64,000 bases of DNA. Source: a virus. Lineage: Duplodnaviria > Caudoviricetes. Under the pieces are notes generated by a model. The model was given only the letters and a program-made list of their open reading frames with translations. It had not been told where the DNA came from and ran no database searches. The stretch spans positions 1 through 64,000 of IMG/VR virus record IMGVR_UViG_3300024507_000173; one strand, 5' to 3'. This document shows positions 1 through 11,097 of this stretch, piece after piece. The number at the start of each line of letters is the position of its first letter. The stretch's first letter is position 1. The position numbers and the translations under genes are program-made.

Positions 1-317
1 CTGCATCTTGTGTAAGTTTTACGCAAAAAGACTTTGTAAAAATGACCTTAATTACTATGATTTATACAACATTATGCCTTATTAGATCTGCTAATAAAGA
101 CGTTTTAGTTGAAAAATTCTTAGAATCCGAGGGCTGTAAACGCTTAGAAGAAAACTTGTATACCAATTGGACTTTACAGGATAAGTTTTATTATACCGTA
201 AACTACGACGGAGATTCAGAAATAGTTTCCGCTTGCCAGTTTTATTCCTATCCGTTACTAAAGTCTAAATCTTTTAACGAACTTCTTAAAACTTACCTAC
301 CGGAAGTTCAACACTAG
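1..317 (+). CDS. Hypothetical protein, 5'-truncated by the window edge
   Basis: The frame of ORF 42..317 is open back to position 3. No recognisable motif. Confidence 0.55.
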   Translation, partial: ASCVSFTQKDFVKMTLITMIYTTLCLIRSANKDVLVEKFLESEGCKRLEENLYTNWTLQDKFYYTVNYDGDSEIVSACQFYSYPLLKSKSFNELLKTYLPEVQH

Positions 318-573
318 CTGGCAAATCCCATATTTTTTTCTGTTCAACGCCTTTTCTTTGGGCAAATCTTTTTGCATCACAGTTTGAGCAAACGTGAAAG
401 TAATTATTGCTTAAACGTTTTCGATCAACGTGTTTTAAATCTCTAGTAAAAGAACTGTCACAGTTATCACAACGAAAGACTGCAATAGTCTTTTTTCTTC
501 TATACGTGTGGTCTTTCCCGCATTTACTAGTGCGTACATATTCGCATTCTTTAGTTTCTGTTTTTAAGAACAT
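286..573 (-). CDS. Small zinc-ribbon protein
   Basis: CDNC...CSNC pairs. A minus-strand TAAATA box lies at 578-583, just upstream of the ATG. Confidence 0.7.
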   Translation of the reverse strand: MFLKTETKECEYVRTSKCGKDHTYRRKKTIAVFRCDNCDSSFTRDLKHVDRKRLSNNYFHVCSNCDAKRFAQRKGVEQKKIWDLPASVELPVGKF

Positions 574-577
574 AGTG

Positions 578-613
578 TATTTACATTAGGCTTATAAAAT
601 TTTGGGCTAAATA
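578..613. promoter_or_regulatory. Divergent pair of T4-like late promoter boxes
   Basis: TATTTA 578-583 (TAAATA on the minus strand) and TAAATA 608-613 (plus strand) lie between divergent genes. Confidence 0.6.
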
Positions 614-644
614 TTACTAGCACTTGCTTATTCTAGGATAAAAC

Positions 645-3600
645 ATGGCACGTAAAATAATTGATATTGGTATTGTTGGTAATGACGGTACTGGCGATAG
701 TATTCGCGATTCGTTTAGAAAAGTTAATGATAACTTCCGCGAACTTTATAGTTCTCTTGGTCTTGGTGAAAGACTTTCGTTTATTGGGTTAAACGACACT
801 CCTGATGCATTTTCCGGATACGATCCAGTTACAGGAAATACCCCATTAGTTACAATCAATGACACTGAATCTGGATTAGCTTTTAAATCGCTAATTCCTG
901 GTAATGGTATTAGTATTGACTTTACAACCAACCCTAATGAAATTGTAATTAATTCAGAATTTTCTAATATTTCTGCAGATCCAAGTCCTCAATTAGGAGG
1001 AGATTTATCATTAAGATCTGGTGGTCAACAGTATAGAATTTTAGATTCGGGTACTGATATTTCACCGTTACTTCCAATTTATAAGCACGAACTAGTTAAC
1101 AAAGCCTATGCAGATACTAAAGTTTCTAAAGCTGGTGTTGAAGCAATAAATCCAGAAACTGGAACCGTAGATCCTTCAATGGGTCGTATGACCGGTCCGT
1201 TAGTTTTGTCTAGAGATCCGGAACCCGACGATGATGTTAATTACGATGGTTTAGTTGCTGCAACAAAACGTTATGTTGATAATTCAGCATTTGGCTCTTC
1301 AGTTAACCTATATGTTGCTCTCTCAGGTCAAGATGATAGAGTAGGAGTGTCTAAAGATCTACAAGGTCGTGCTCTTGCTTATGCGTATCGCACCTTAGAA
1401 GCAGCATTAAAACGTGCTGAAGAATTAGTCTTAGAAGCACCAGTGGAATTAGGTCCTTATAAGAAAGTTTTAACCTACAACAATCACGCTTCTGAATGTA
1501 CATTATCATCCATTGAAACATCACCTGATTCTGGTACAGGATTTTCTGGTATTGTTAGAATGAGTGTTGATACAGTTACTCTAGTTTCTGTTGGTACTAA
1601 TTATTATCCAGGAGATATTTTAGAAATTCAGGGCGGTACATTGCCAGAGGGCGGTGGTCGTTGTTACATTCAAGTTCTAACAACTTTAACAACTCCTGGT
1701 GCAATTTTAGGATATAAGATTATATCAACCGGGTCATATCTAACATTGCCTGGTTCTTCTAATATTTCAACTACTATTACTACATCAGCGGCACCTGCGG
1801 AAGTAGGTGCAATTGGTAGTGGGGCTACATTTAACGTTACATATAAAGTAAACTCAGTACAGATTGTAAACGGTGGTTCAGATTATTCTCTAGTTTCTGT
1901 TAGAATTTCAGGCGGTGGCGGATCTGGTGCGTTTGGTGAAGCTGTTGTAAATTCAGGTGCAGTTTCTTCAATTACAATTACAAACAAAGGTTCTGGATTT
2001 ACTTCACTTCCGTCATTAAGTGTTGACCTTCCAAGATTTTTAATCTATACTAATGGTTATAGAACAGACTATACTGGTGATTATTCAACTGATACACCAC
2101 AAGCAATTAGAGGACGAGATATTCGTGCTGGACTATACCTAAGAGGAGAGACCTCAGGTGCTTTAGCTGAAATCCTTAGCCACCCTGGTGACCTAGATTC
2201 TGAAGGAAACGAAATATTTGACGTAGATATCAAATCAGGTTCTTTTATTCTTGGCGAAGTAATTTCCTATGGTGATATTGCTAAAAATATTCAAATTTCA
2301 GTTTTAGTAGAAAGCGGAGAATATTACGAAAACTATCCGTTAAGAGTTCCTGCAAATACTTCTATTGTAGGTGACGAATTTAGACGTGTTATTTTCCATC
2401 CAAGACCGGGAACTTCTAGCTCTCCTTGGGCGTTTATAAAATTCCGTAGAGATCCAGTGATAGACGGGCTAACAGTAGCCACTCAAAATTACGGATACCA
2501 TTATCTACAAGATTCAACTCAGCCAGTCTATCCTATGATAGATAACAAAGGAGGATTTGAATCAGCATCAATATTATTAGGACTTAATAGAAGATTCTTG
2601 CAAGAAGAAATTGTTGCTTGGATGAATGATAACATTGCTAATAATACTGCACCATTTAATAGTTCATTTACATACGATGAAACACTATGTAATAGAGATG
2701 TTGGATTATTGGTTGATTCGTTTATATTCGACTTAAAGTACGGAAGTTACAATCGTACAGTATCTGCAGGTTTAAAATACTATCAAAGCGATAGTGCTAG
2801 CATAGCCATTACGACTCAACTTTCACAGTATCTGGTTGTATTAGATAAACTTGAAAGTCTAATGTTGGATTGTATTTCAAATACTCAAATTACAAACATT
2901 TATCAAAATACATTCCCTCAGGTTATTGATGCTGCATATCAAGCAGAAAGCGGATCTGCTACTGTTATTCCGTTATTAATATTAGTGTTGAAGGATGTTA
3001 TTGACGGATCTGGTTCGGTTAACTATCCTAAAGAAAATAACCAAATGGACGTTTTCCTTGCTAACGACTCTGTTCGCTGGCAGGCTATCAGCGCCATTGG
3101 TCACGGTGGATTTATGGGTGTACTAGATCCAGAAGGACAGATTCTTTCTAGATCACCTTACTTCCAAGAATGTGCTTCTTTTTCAAAGAGCGAAAACAGA
3201 CAAGTATTTGCTGGAGGTATATTTGCCGACGGTTTTGCTGGTAACTTAGAATTTGTTATTAATAATATTCAAACACCGACTCGATTAGAAGTTTCTGGGT
3301 TAGATCGATTCCCTCAAGTTCCAGCATCATTTATTGTTGGCGATTCAACTTATCGAGTAAACTATATTAGAGACTTTGTCTACGGCGTAGGTAATTTTAC
3401 CTACGATTCTAACAAGTGTGCTAGAGATATTGGCATTATCACTAATGCTATTTTAGATGATTATATTTTAGGAACAAACTATAAACACGTTCTATCTGGA
3501 TTGTCATATCTTAGAAGTTACACCTCTGTTGTTACAACTTTACAAAAATCGCAGACAATATCAGGTTTAAACTATGCACGTGATCGTATACTAACATTTA

Positions 3601-6600
3601 CTACTGGTGACACCGCATTTAGCAATTTTATTACCAATGCATTTGCAAATGTTACTAATTTAATTAATTCTGTTAGCCCAGACGGCGCACCTGATTATTA
3701 CTATACACTTTTAACTGCGCCTGGCGCAGGAGTTGAAAATTCTGTAAATGAGTTAATACTTAACAAAGACTTTTTAGTAGACGAAGGTATAGCATTTATT
3801 AATTCAACATTAAGTCCAGAAAGTATCGAAAACTACAATGAAACAGCCTGTCGAAGAGACCTAGGATATTTTATTGATGCATTTACATATGATTTACAGT
3901 ATGGCGGAAATACTGCTACTAATCTAACTATACAAGGTTACTACGATGGTACTGGAGTTACCATTTTAGGACCTGGTGAAATAGCTCCGACAGTAGCGGT
4001 GTTTTCTAGAATACAAGATATTATTGGCTATGTTATTTTAGCAAATACTAGTTGGATTAAATCTCTAGGCAATACTTCCATTCAGTCGACTGCTGGCGGA
4101 TTAGGAAATTCAGGTACTGTTACAATAGTTGAGAATTTAATTCAAAGTGTAATTGATGTCTTAACTAACGGTCTAAGTTCATTACCTGCAGACGTTGATC
4201 CGTCATTTAGTTTAGGTATCAACTATGCTTCAAATGCAACTAAAACAACAGTTGTTAATAACTTAACTAACATTGAAAATGATAGTGTCTTGTTTATTAA
4301 TGCTGCATATCAAAACGGATCGTCAGCTGTACTTGTTTTAGATCAAACAACTCCTTGGCCATATAATGTATTCACATACGATTCAAGTGCTTGTAACAGA
4401 GACGTTGGATTAATTTTAGATGGCCTAGGTTATGATATTGTATTTGGTACTAACTATTGGACAAGAGTTAGTGGCACCGCCTATAGAATGAGCCAAAGCG
4501 CAGTTGTTATCCAAGACCAACGAAGCATAACAATAAGAGCTATTGACGAAACTTATCGACTAGTTAATATCGAACTAACAGGTTACGGTGATATTCAAGA
4601 TACAGTATCCCTAAACAATGCTACCATTGATGATATTATTGATAGAGGCGTTTCAGCTACTCCATCTCTGTCATTTACTTTGCCTCCTGGGTTATCAACA
4701 AATAAAACAAATGCCTTTAATTTATTAATGGCAAATAGAAATTATATTGTTGCTGAAGTAGATGGTTGGATTAATGCACAAATTTCTGGAAACATTAGTC
4801 CTTGGGCCACCGGAGACACATACAATGCTGCAAAATCTCAAAGAGATACAAAGTTAATTGTTGAAGCCGTTATCCACGATCTTATCTACGGAGGCAATGC
4901 TGCAACAAGACAGGCTGCATTAAAATATTACAATAATTTAACTGGTGCTTCTATGTTGGCATCAGGACAACCAGCTCGATGTTCAGCAGCCCTACAGTGG
5001 GCTAATACTGTAGCAAAGGCTGTTATTATTAACACAGCCCCAGGAACTACATATTCAACTTTATCAAGAACAACAGGTTCAGCAGCTTCAGCATCTGAGC
5101 AGATAATTATTGATAATTTGTTTACTGCAATAACTGGTGCTATATCTGCAAACGATATAGATTCAATGTTTGCTCTAGTTGAACCAAACTTAGGTTCTTA
5201 CGCTTATAGTACAGACGCTGTTACAGCAAGATCATTAATTCAATCTGCCAAATTAAACATTCAACAGTCAGTTATAGAATTTGTAAACTATTACGGTAAC
5301 AGATATGAATTAATTATGCCTGGTAACCGATCAATGCTTGCTAATGACTATACGCAGGTCAATGATATGGGCTATGGGGCAATTGCTGCCAACGGTGGTT
5401 TATTGGAACTTGTTTCAGTATTTACATACTATAACTATACTTCTTATTATTCAATTACTGGCGGACAGATTCGATCTGTAGGTGGTTCATCAGCTCACGG
5501 TGTATATGCGCTAGTTGCAGAAGGTGCTGATCCGTTAGAAGTTCCAACACCAACATCAACATACGAAGATTTGGCTCAAAGGGTTGATTGTTATTATCCA
5601 AGTCCATCGTTCGCCAACGTAACAAATGGTCTATTAATATTTGTTACTAATTATAAGTACCCACCGCTAGGAGGGGGAGAACTTGAAGTTGACCATGATG
5701 GGGTCATGTATAGATATGCAATTACATCGGTAGCAACTAATGATTTGCCTCCAGGTGTGGCTCGATTAAACTTAAGCAGTGGAACAGGTGGCAATGACAA
5801 CGGTCTTCACGCTGTAATCCCAGACGGTACAAAGATGACTGTTCGTTGTAACAGTCAAATTTTACTCACAGGTGCATTAGGTGAAGTTGCTGTTAGACCA
5901 TCTACTGGTTTAAAATTAAGAGAAACTCCAGATTTTGTTAATCGTGTTTTACAATTTACAGAAGTACAAGATGATAATGCACCTTATGAAATATTATTCA
6001 CCGCAGGAAGTTCTTCTATTAGTGTTCTTGCAACAATTACAACAATCGCTACAAATGTATGTACAACCAGCCAAAATCATAAATTAGAAGTTGGTGATAA
6101 ATTTATTCCTAGAACTACATCTAATGGATTGGTAGCCGGTACGACTTATTACGTGTTAACTGTTCCAAAATATAATCAGTTTACACTTTCAACTGCACCT
6201 GGCGGAAGTACTTCAACATTAACTAATGGTACAGGGTTAACAATTAAAGGTATTAAGACTCACAAACTAATTGAAAATTATCTAGTTAGTTTTGATTCGA
6301 GTGGCACATTACCAAGCGAAGTTATTCCTACAGTAAGATACTGGGTACTATCTACTGATTTAACTGATACCGAATTTAGTGTTTCTTCAGATAAAAATGG
6401 ACTTGCCATTGACTTTGCCAGTGTAGGTTCTGGTACAACAGTATACTATCCAGAGGGAGTTACACTAACTCAGTTAAGAGAAAATTACAATTATATCGAA
6501 TTAACGGTCTTTGAACCTGGAGAATTTACCAGTGATTATCCAACTGGTAGAGCTTGTACTATTGCAGTTGGCGTGGCAGCAACCATTACACTTAATAGTC

Positions 6601-8975
6601 ACGGATTTAACGATGATGACGTTATACGATTTACTACTGACGGAGTGATTGGAAATAATCTTCCAACAGGATTAACTGAACAGACTAGATATTTTGTAGT
6701 TAATAAGACAACTAATAATTTCCAAGTATCAACTGAAAAAGGAGGTACTCCTGTTGACACAACAGCCGCAGGTTCTGGTACATTCTATGTTGGTAAAGTT
6801 ACTGGTCGAGTAGGGGATGATAACTTTGCTGTAGTTGGTATAGCATCACAAGAAATTAGCAGAGTGTCTGGATCTAAATTTGTATTCAAGGGAGAAGAAT
6901 ATACAGTTTCTTCTTATCAACCAGAATCAGTTACAAACAAACCATATGCTAGAGTAGTATTAGATAGAGCACTAGTTGATGCTATCAACAATTTCCCATC
7001 TAGTTACACAATCTTTAGTTCGGTACCAATCCGTTCAAGCGGATCGTTGGGTACACTAACTATCCGTATTGCGTTGACTCGAGTTACATCACACGACCTA
7101 TTAGAGATTGGTACTGGTTCTTATGCAGATACTAACTATCCAAAAGAAATTTACGGTTCGTCAGTTAATCCATTAGATCCTTCAAAGGAGACTGTAGAAC
7201 GAGATGTTGGTCGATGCTTCTATGTAACCACAGACCAATACGGTAACTTTAAAGTTGGTCCATACTTTGCTGTTGACCAAGGTACTGGTCAAGTTACATT
7301 CTCAAGCTCAATTGCGCTAAGTAACCTAGACGGTCTAGGATTTAAGCGTGGTGTGCCTATTGCTGAATTTTCAACAGATTCATCATTTACAGATAATGCT
7401 ACAGATACAGTACCAACAGAAAATGCTGCACGTATCTATATTGAACGTAGATTAGGTGTAACACACAATGGAACCAACGTTGACGATTCCTTGTTAATAC
7501 CACAAAATTTAACAGCAGGATTTATGGCACTATCTGGTCAGTTGCCAATGAAAGGAGATATGAACCTTGCAGGTTACAATATCTTTAATTTAGGTGATCC
7601 GATAGATCCTACAGATGCTGTTAATTTACAAAGTTTAACATTTGATAACTTCCAAGATGTAACATTAACAACTCCATCAAACGGTCAATTATTAGGATTT
7701 ACTGGTACTGATAATGCTGCGGTTAATGTAACTATAACGGGTGATGTCAGTGCTACAAGAACAGGAAATAATTTAGATATTCAATATAATGCTGGCTCAA
7801 TTGTTAATGCAGATGTAAATGCTTCTGCTGCCATTGACCAAAGCAAATTGAATATGACCGCTGCGTCAACTCGTGCTAATGCTACAGGCATTACACAAGC
7901 TGATCGTGGATTGTCAAGTTTTGATTCTGCACAATTTACTGCAACAAATGGTTGGTTAACCGTTAAAGATAACGGTTTAACATTATCTAAACTTGCTCAA
8001 TTAAGTTCTAAAACTGTAGCAGGTAATTCATCAATTTCTACTGCTAATGCATCAGAAGTTGCATTTACTACTGTTGTCGACGGCGGCTTAGGCATTAAGA
8101 AAGCACAGTACACAAGTACTGGTTTCCTAAGAAGAAATTCTGGTATTAGTAATACTTCTGACGCAGACTATTCAGTTATTGGCTCATCAGCTGGTAGTAG
8201 TTCAGCTGTGGGCGCAGGTGAAATTATTGTAAGAGACAGCAACGGTGACTTTGGTGGTAGAACCATTGATATTTCATCAATTAAAGTTGACACACAAGTT
8301 GCTGTTGATACAGCCACTGCAGGCAGTGGTGGTTATCTAAGATACTATGGATACAATTCTGCAGGTGGTGTTTTAATTCAAGATGGTACTGTTGCTTCTG
8401 ATAAGGTAACAAAATATTGGAACGACTTACATCAATTTAAAACACAGAACGGATTATCAGACGCACCAATAACTTGTTCTAGTATTCAAACATTAGCACT
8501 AACCACTGGTGCTTATAATACCAATGGAACTATTACAGGTCGATGGACATTGACTGGTACTTCACCAAATGAATCAAGATTACAAGCAACTTACTCAGCT
8601 GACTTAGCAGAAAACTACGAAGGCGATAAAGAGTATGAAGTGGGTACAGTTCTTGTATTCGGTGGTGAAAAAGAAGTTACTACAACAGGAATTAAAGGCG
8701 ATACCAGAGTTGCAGGTGTTGTTTCTAATACTGCTGCCTATACCATGTATGAAGCTTGTCCAGGATTTAAAAATCTAGTTGCACTACAAGGGCGAGTACC
8801 TTGTAAGGTAGTTGGTAAAATTAAGAAAGGAGATATCTTGGTAACATCAGGAATTCCAGGGGTTGCTACTGCCGCAGTTGGCGATGTAAAAGTTGGTACT
8901 GTGGTCGGTAAAGCACTTTACGATTATGACAGCGATCATATTGGTACACTTGAAATTGCGGTAGGGAGAACATAA
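645..8975 (+). CDS. Giant virion structural protein (baseplate/tail-fibre, 2776 aa)
   Basis: T4 gp9/gp10-like N-terminus (IDIG..GNDGTGDSIRDSFRKVNDNFRELY), GxGY/F beta repeats, five helical C-x-R-D repeats, and a C-terminal ADLAE...GRVPCKV domain of the peptidase G2/intramolecular chaperone type. Confidence 0.8.
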   Translation: MARKIIDIGIVGNDGTGDSIRDSFRKVNDNFRELYSSLGLGERLSFIGLNDTPDAFSGYDPVTGNTPLVTINDTESGLAFKSLIPGNGISIDFTTNPNEIVINSEFSNISADPSPQLGGDLSLRSGGQQYRILDSGTDISPLLPIYKHELVNKAYADTKVSKAGVEAINPETGTVDPSMGRMTGPLVLSRDPEPDDDVNYDGLVAATKRYVDNSAFGSSVNLYVALSGQDDRVGVSKDLQGRALAYAYRTLEAALKRAEELVLEAPVELGPYKKVLTYNNHASECTLSSIETSPDSGTGFSGIVRMSVDTVTLVSVGTNYYPGDILEIQGGTLPEGGGRCYIQVLTTLTTPGAILGYKIISTGSYLTLPGSSNISTTITTSAAPAEVGAIGSGATFNVTYKVNSVQIVNGGSDYSLVSVRISGGGGSGAFGEAVVNSGAVSSITITNKGSGFTSLPSLSVDLPRFLIYTNGYRTDYTGDYSTDTPQAIRGRDIRAGLYLRGETSGALAEILSHPGDLDSEGNEIFDVDIKSGSFILGEVISYGDIAKNIQISVLVESGEYYENYPLRVPANTSIVGDEFRRVIFHPRPGTSSSPWAFIKFRRDPVIDGLTVATQNYGYHYLQDSTQPVYPMIDNKGGFESASILLGLNRRFLQEEIVAWMNDNIANNTAPFNSSFTYDETLCNRDVGLLVDSFIFDLKYGSYNRTVSAGLKYYQSDSASIAITTQLSQYLVVLDKLESLMLDCISNTQITNIYQNTFPQVIDAAYQAESGSATVIPLLILVLKDVIDGSGSVNYPKENNQMDVFLANDSVRWQAISAIGHGGFMGVLDPEGQILSRSPYFQECASFSKSENRQVFAGGIFADGFAGNLEFVINNIQTPTRLEVSGLDRFPQVPASFIVGDSTYRVNYIRDFVYGVGNFTYDSNKCARDIGIITNAILDDYILGTNYKHVLSGLSYLRSYTSVVTTLQKSQTISGLNYARDRILTFTTGDTAFSNFITNAFANVTNLINSVSPDGAPDYYYTLLTAPGAGVENSVNELILNKDFLVDEGIAFINSTLSPESIENYNETACRRDLGYFIDAFTYDLQYGGNTATNLTIQGYYDGTGVTILGPGEIAPTVAVFSRIQDIIGYVILANTSWIKSLGNTSIQSTAGGLGNSGTVTIVENLIQSVIDVLTNGLSSLPADVDPSFSLGINYASNATKTTVVNNLTNIENDSVLFINAAYQNGSSAVLVLDQTTPWPYNVFTYDSSACNRDVGLILDGLGYDIVFGTNYWTRVSGTAYRMSQSAVVIQDQRSITIRAIDETYRLVNIELTGYGDIQDTVSLNNATIDDIIDRGVSATPSLSFTLPPGLSTNKTNAFNLLMANRNYIVAEVDGWINAQISGNISPWATGDTYNAAKSQRDTKLIVEAVIHDLIYGGNAATRQAALKYYNNLTGASMLASGQPARCSAALQWANTVAKAVIINTAPGTTYSTLSRTTGSAASASEQIIIDNLFTAITGAISANDIDSMFALVEPNLGSYAYSTDAVTARSLIQSAKLNIQQSVIEFVNYYGNRYELIMPGNRSMLANDYTQVNDMGYGAIAANGGLLELVSVFTYYNYTSYYSITGGQIRSVGGSSAHGVYALVAEGADPLEVPTPTSTYEDLAQRVDCYYPSPSFANVTNGLLIFVTNYKYPPLGGGELEVDHDGVMYRYAITSVATNDLPPGVARLNLSSGTGGNDNGLHAVIPDGTKMTVRCNSQILLTGALGEVAVRPSTGLKLRETPDFVNRVLQFTEVQDDNAPYEILFTAGSSSISVLATITTIATNVCTTSQNHKLEVGDKFIPRTTSNGLVAGTTYYVLTVPKYNQFTLSTAPGGSTSTLTNGTGLTIKGIKTHKLIENYLVSFDSSGTLPSEVIPTVRYWVLSTDLTDTEFSVSSDKNGLAIDFASVGSGTTVYYPEGVTLTQLRENYNYIELTVFEPGEFTSDYPTGRACTIAVGVAATITLNSHGFNDDDVIRFTTDGVIGNNLPTGLTEQTRYFVVNKTTNNFQVSTEKGGTPVDTTAAGSGTFYVGKVTGRVGDDNFAVVGIASQEISRVSGSKFVFKGEEYTVSSYQPESVTNKPYARVVLDRALVDAINNFPSSYTIFSSVPIRSSGSLGTLTIRIALTRVTSHDLLEIGTGSYADTNYPKEIYGSSVNPLDPSKETVERDVGRCFYVTTDQYGNFKVGPYFAVDQGTGQVTFSSSIALSNLDGLGFKRGVPIAEFSTDSSFTDNATDTVPTENAARIYIERRLGVTHNGTNVDDSLLIPQNLTAGFMALSGQLPMKGDMNLAGYNIFNLGDPIDPTDAVNLQSLTFDNFQDVTLTTPSNGQLLGFTGTDNAAVNVTITGDVSATRTGNNLDIQYNAGSIVNADVNASAAIDQSKLNMTAASTRANATGITQADRGLSSFDSAQFTATNGWLTVKDNGLTLSKLAQLSSKTVAGNSSISTANASEVAFTTVVDGGLGIKKAQYTSTGFLRRNSGISNTSDADYSVIGSSAGSSSAVGAGEIIVRDSNGDFGGRTIDISSIKVDTQVAVDTATAGSGGYLRYYGYNSAGGVLIQDGTVASDKVTKYWNDLHQFKTQNGLSDAPITCSSIQTLALTTGAYNTNGTITGRWTLTGTSPNESRLQATYSADLAENYEGDKEYEVGTVLVFGGEKEVTTTGIKGDTRVAGVVSNTAAYTMYEACPGFKNLVALQGRVPCKVVGKIKKGDILVTSGIPGVATAAVGDVKVGTVVGKALYDYDSDHIGTLEIAVGRT

Positions 8976-11086
8976 TGGCATACAATAACAATATTACGGT
9001 TGGATCTCCTCCGTTATTATGGAGTGAATTGAACGATGCGTTTACCAAGGTAAACGAAAATTTTGACATACTTTCAGCAACTATGGGAGGAGCAGGTTTA
9101 GTTCCTGTAGACTTCGGTGCTCTTGATTCGGACGTTACACCTGCTTCAGATAACTTATACAAATTAGGAGATGCTTCACATAGATGGAAATCTATAAGAA
9201 CAGCTAGTTTTTTAAACACTGATCCCGATCTAGAAAATGGAGTATGGATTGGTCCGGCACATATAACAAACCAAGGATCGACAATAACACTTCCAAACGA
9301 ATCTACAGTAAACGGTTCTTTGATTATTGATCCCGATAAAACATTTTTCAAAATTATTGATGTTGACAATGGAAACAGCATTGTTGCTCAAAGTTTTGGT
9401 GACACGGTTAAATTTTTATCAGGAACTGGTACTTCAATGATTGTTGATTCAGCAGCAGAATCAATAACATTTAACAATGATGGCATTTTATCAGTATCAA
9501 GCGGTAGTGGAATTTCTGTTTCTACGGTCAATGGTGCTGCAACTATTACAAACACCGGTGTAAGAAGTTTGACTAGTACTACAAGTTTGCCAAGTGGTAG
9601 AACTGCTGGTGCTGGTATTAATATTGATAATCCAACCGGAGAAGGAATTAAAATTACCAACACTGGTGTTATATCAATCATCAGTGGTGTTGGTATTACA
9701 GTTTCTTCTGATCCTGCAACTGGACAAGTACAGATTATCAACTCTGCTCCTGGCGGTAATGTGTATTCTGGATTTTTAATTGACAGTGATTACGCAAATA
9801 TTATTCAGGCAGATAATACTTCAGATACCGTATCATTTAACAGCGGCACTGGAATTACGTTAGATAAAAATCCTACTACAGATACAATTACATTTTCAGT
9901 AAATCCTTATTTTGATTTAACAGGAAATGTCACAGGTGATTTAACTGGAGATGTTACGGGCAATGTTACTGGTGATTTAACAGGAAATGTCACAGGTGAT
10001 TTAACTGGAAATGTTACTGGTAATTTAACTGGAAATGTTACTGGTAATGTCACTGGTGATATTAAAGGATCAGTATTTGGTGATGACAGTTCAATCTTAG
10101 TAGATGCTGTAAGTAACTATATATTCGGTAATGTTTCGGCAACTACATTAAGAACAGCAGAATCAAAAATTGCATTAGGTAGCGATGCTGGCAAGACTGC
10201 ACAAAGCACCTATGCTGTGGCTATTGGTCAAGAAGCTGGTAAGACTTCTCAAGGATCGTCGGCAGTATCTGTTGGTTACTTGTCTGGAAATGTTTCACAA
10301 GGTGATCAGGCAGTGGCTATTGGCTATCAGGCTGGAACTAACACACAAGGAACATCAGGAATAGCTATTGGCTTCGAGGCTGGCAAAACTTCACAGAGCA
10401 CATATGGAATATCAATTGGTCATATTGCTGGAGAAATCTCTCAAGGTATTCAGGCAGTAGCTATTGGTACCAACGCTGGTCAGAATACTCAAGGAGGAAT
10501 AGCTGTAGCTATTGGTACCAATGCTGGAGAATCTAACCAAGGTTCGGCAGGTGTTGCAATTGGATATTATGCCGGCAAAACTACACAGGAAACTGGGGCT
10601 GTAGCAATTGGCTATACTACCGGGCAGATCACGCAAAGACAAGGAGCAGTAGCTATTGGTTGGAGTGCAGGTCAAACTAACCAAGGAGCTAATGCAATCG
10701 CTATTGGATATCGAGCAGGCTTCACAAATCAAAATGCAAGTTCGATTGTACTGAATGCCAGTGGGGTTGCATTAGAAGCTGCGGCCGCTGGATTCTTTGT
10801 TAATCCTATTAGATCAACTGCTAACGGTACTCCGTTGATGTATAACACATCAACCAGCGAATTATTTTACAGCAGCGTATTAGAATTTATTGGTAGTAAA
10901 ATTTCAACTAGTGATTCTAGTGGAATTACTGTCGATGTGGTAACAACATTTAACACTGACGTTGTTGCAGAAAATGATGTAATAATTCGAGGAAGTCGTG
11001 TTATTAACCTGGCAGAATTAAAATCAGTAGTTGCTGCAAGTTCAAGTTTTGCTGATTTCCAAACTAAAATAGCAGCACTGGTATAA
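8975..11086 (+). CDS. Tail fibre/adhesin with YadA/Hep_Hag-like head repeats
   Basis: N-terminal AFTKVNENF module, (G-N/D-V/L-T)n repeats, and more than ten 14-aa A(V/I)AIGxxAGxxxQ repeats. Confidence 0.8.
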   Translation: MAYNNNITVGSPPLLWSELNDAFTKVNENFDILSATMGGAGLVPVDFGALDSDVTPASDNLYKLGDASHRWKSIRTASFLNTDPDLENGVWIGPAHITNQGSTITLPNESTVNGSLIIDPDKTFFKIIDVDNGNSIVAQSFGDTVKFLSGTGTSMIVDSAAESITFNNDGILSVSSGSGISVSTVNGAATITNTGVRSLTSTTSLPSGRTAGAGINIDNPTGEGIKITNTGVISIISGVGITVSSDPATGQVQIINSAPGGNVYSGFLIDSDYANIIQADNTSDTVSFNSGTGITLDKNPTTDTITFSVNPYFDLTGNVTGDLTGDVTGNVTGDLTGNVTGDLTGNVTGNLTGNVTGNVTGDIKGSVFGDDSSILVDAVSNYIFGNVSATTLRTAESKIALGSDAGKTAQSTYAVAIGQEAGKTSQGSSAVSVGYLSGNVSQGDQAVAIGYQAGTNTQGTSGIAIGFEAGKTSQSTYGISIGHIAGEISQGIQAVAIGTNAGQNTQGGIAVAIGTNAGESNQGSAGVAIGYYAGKTTQETGAVAIGYTTGQITQRQGAVAIGWSAGQTNQGANAIAIGYRAGFTNQNASSIVLNASGVALEAAAAGFFVNPIRSTANGTPLMYNTSTSELFYSSVLEFIGSKISTSDSSGITVDVVTTFNTDVVAENDVIIRGSRVINLAELKSVVAASSSFADFQTKIAALV
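9913..10063 (+). repeat. Coding tandem repeat (GNVT/GDLT tetrapeptides)
   Basis: 12-bp period, including an exact 37-bp duplication at 9913-9949 and 9973-10009. Confidence 0.9.
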
Positions 11087-11097
11087 GGGGCAGGTAA

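Noticed and set aside
9913-10063. Direct repeats resembling a CRISPR array
   Set aside because: The period is 12 bp with no unique spacers, and the repeat is in frame within a fibre gene (GNVT/GDLT).
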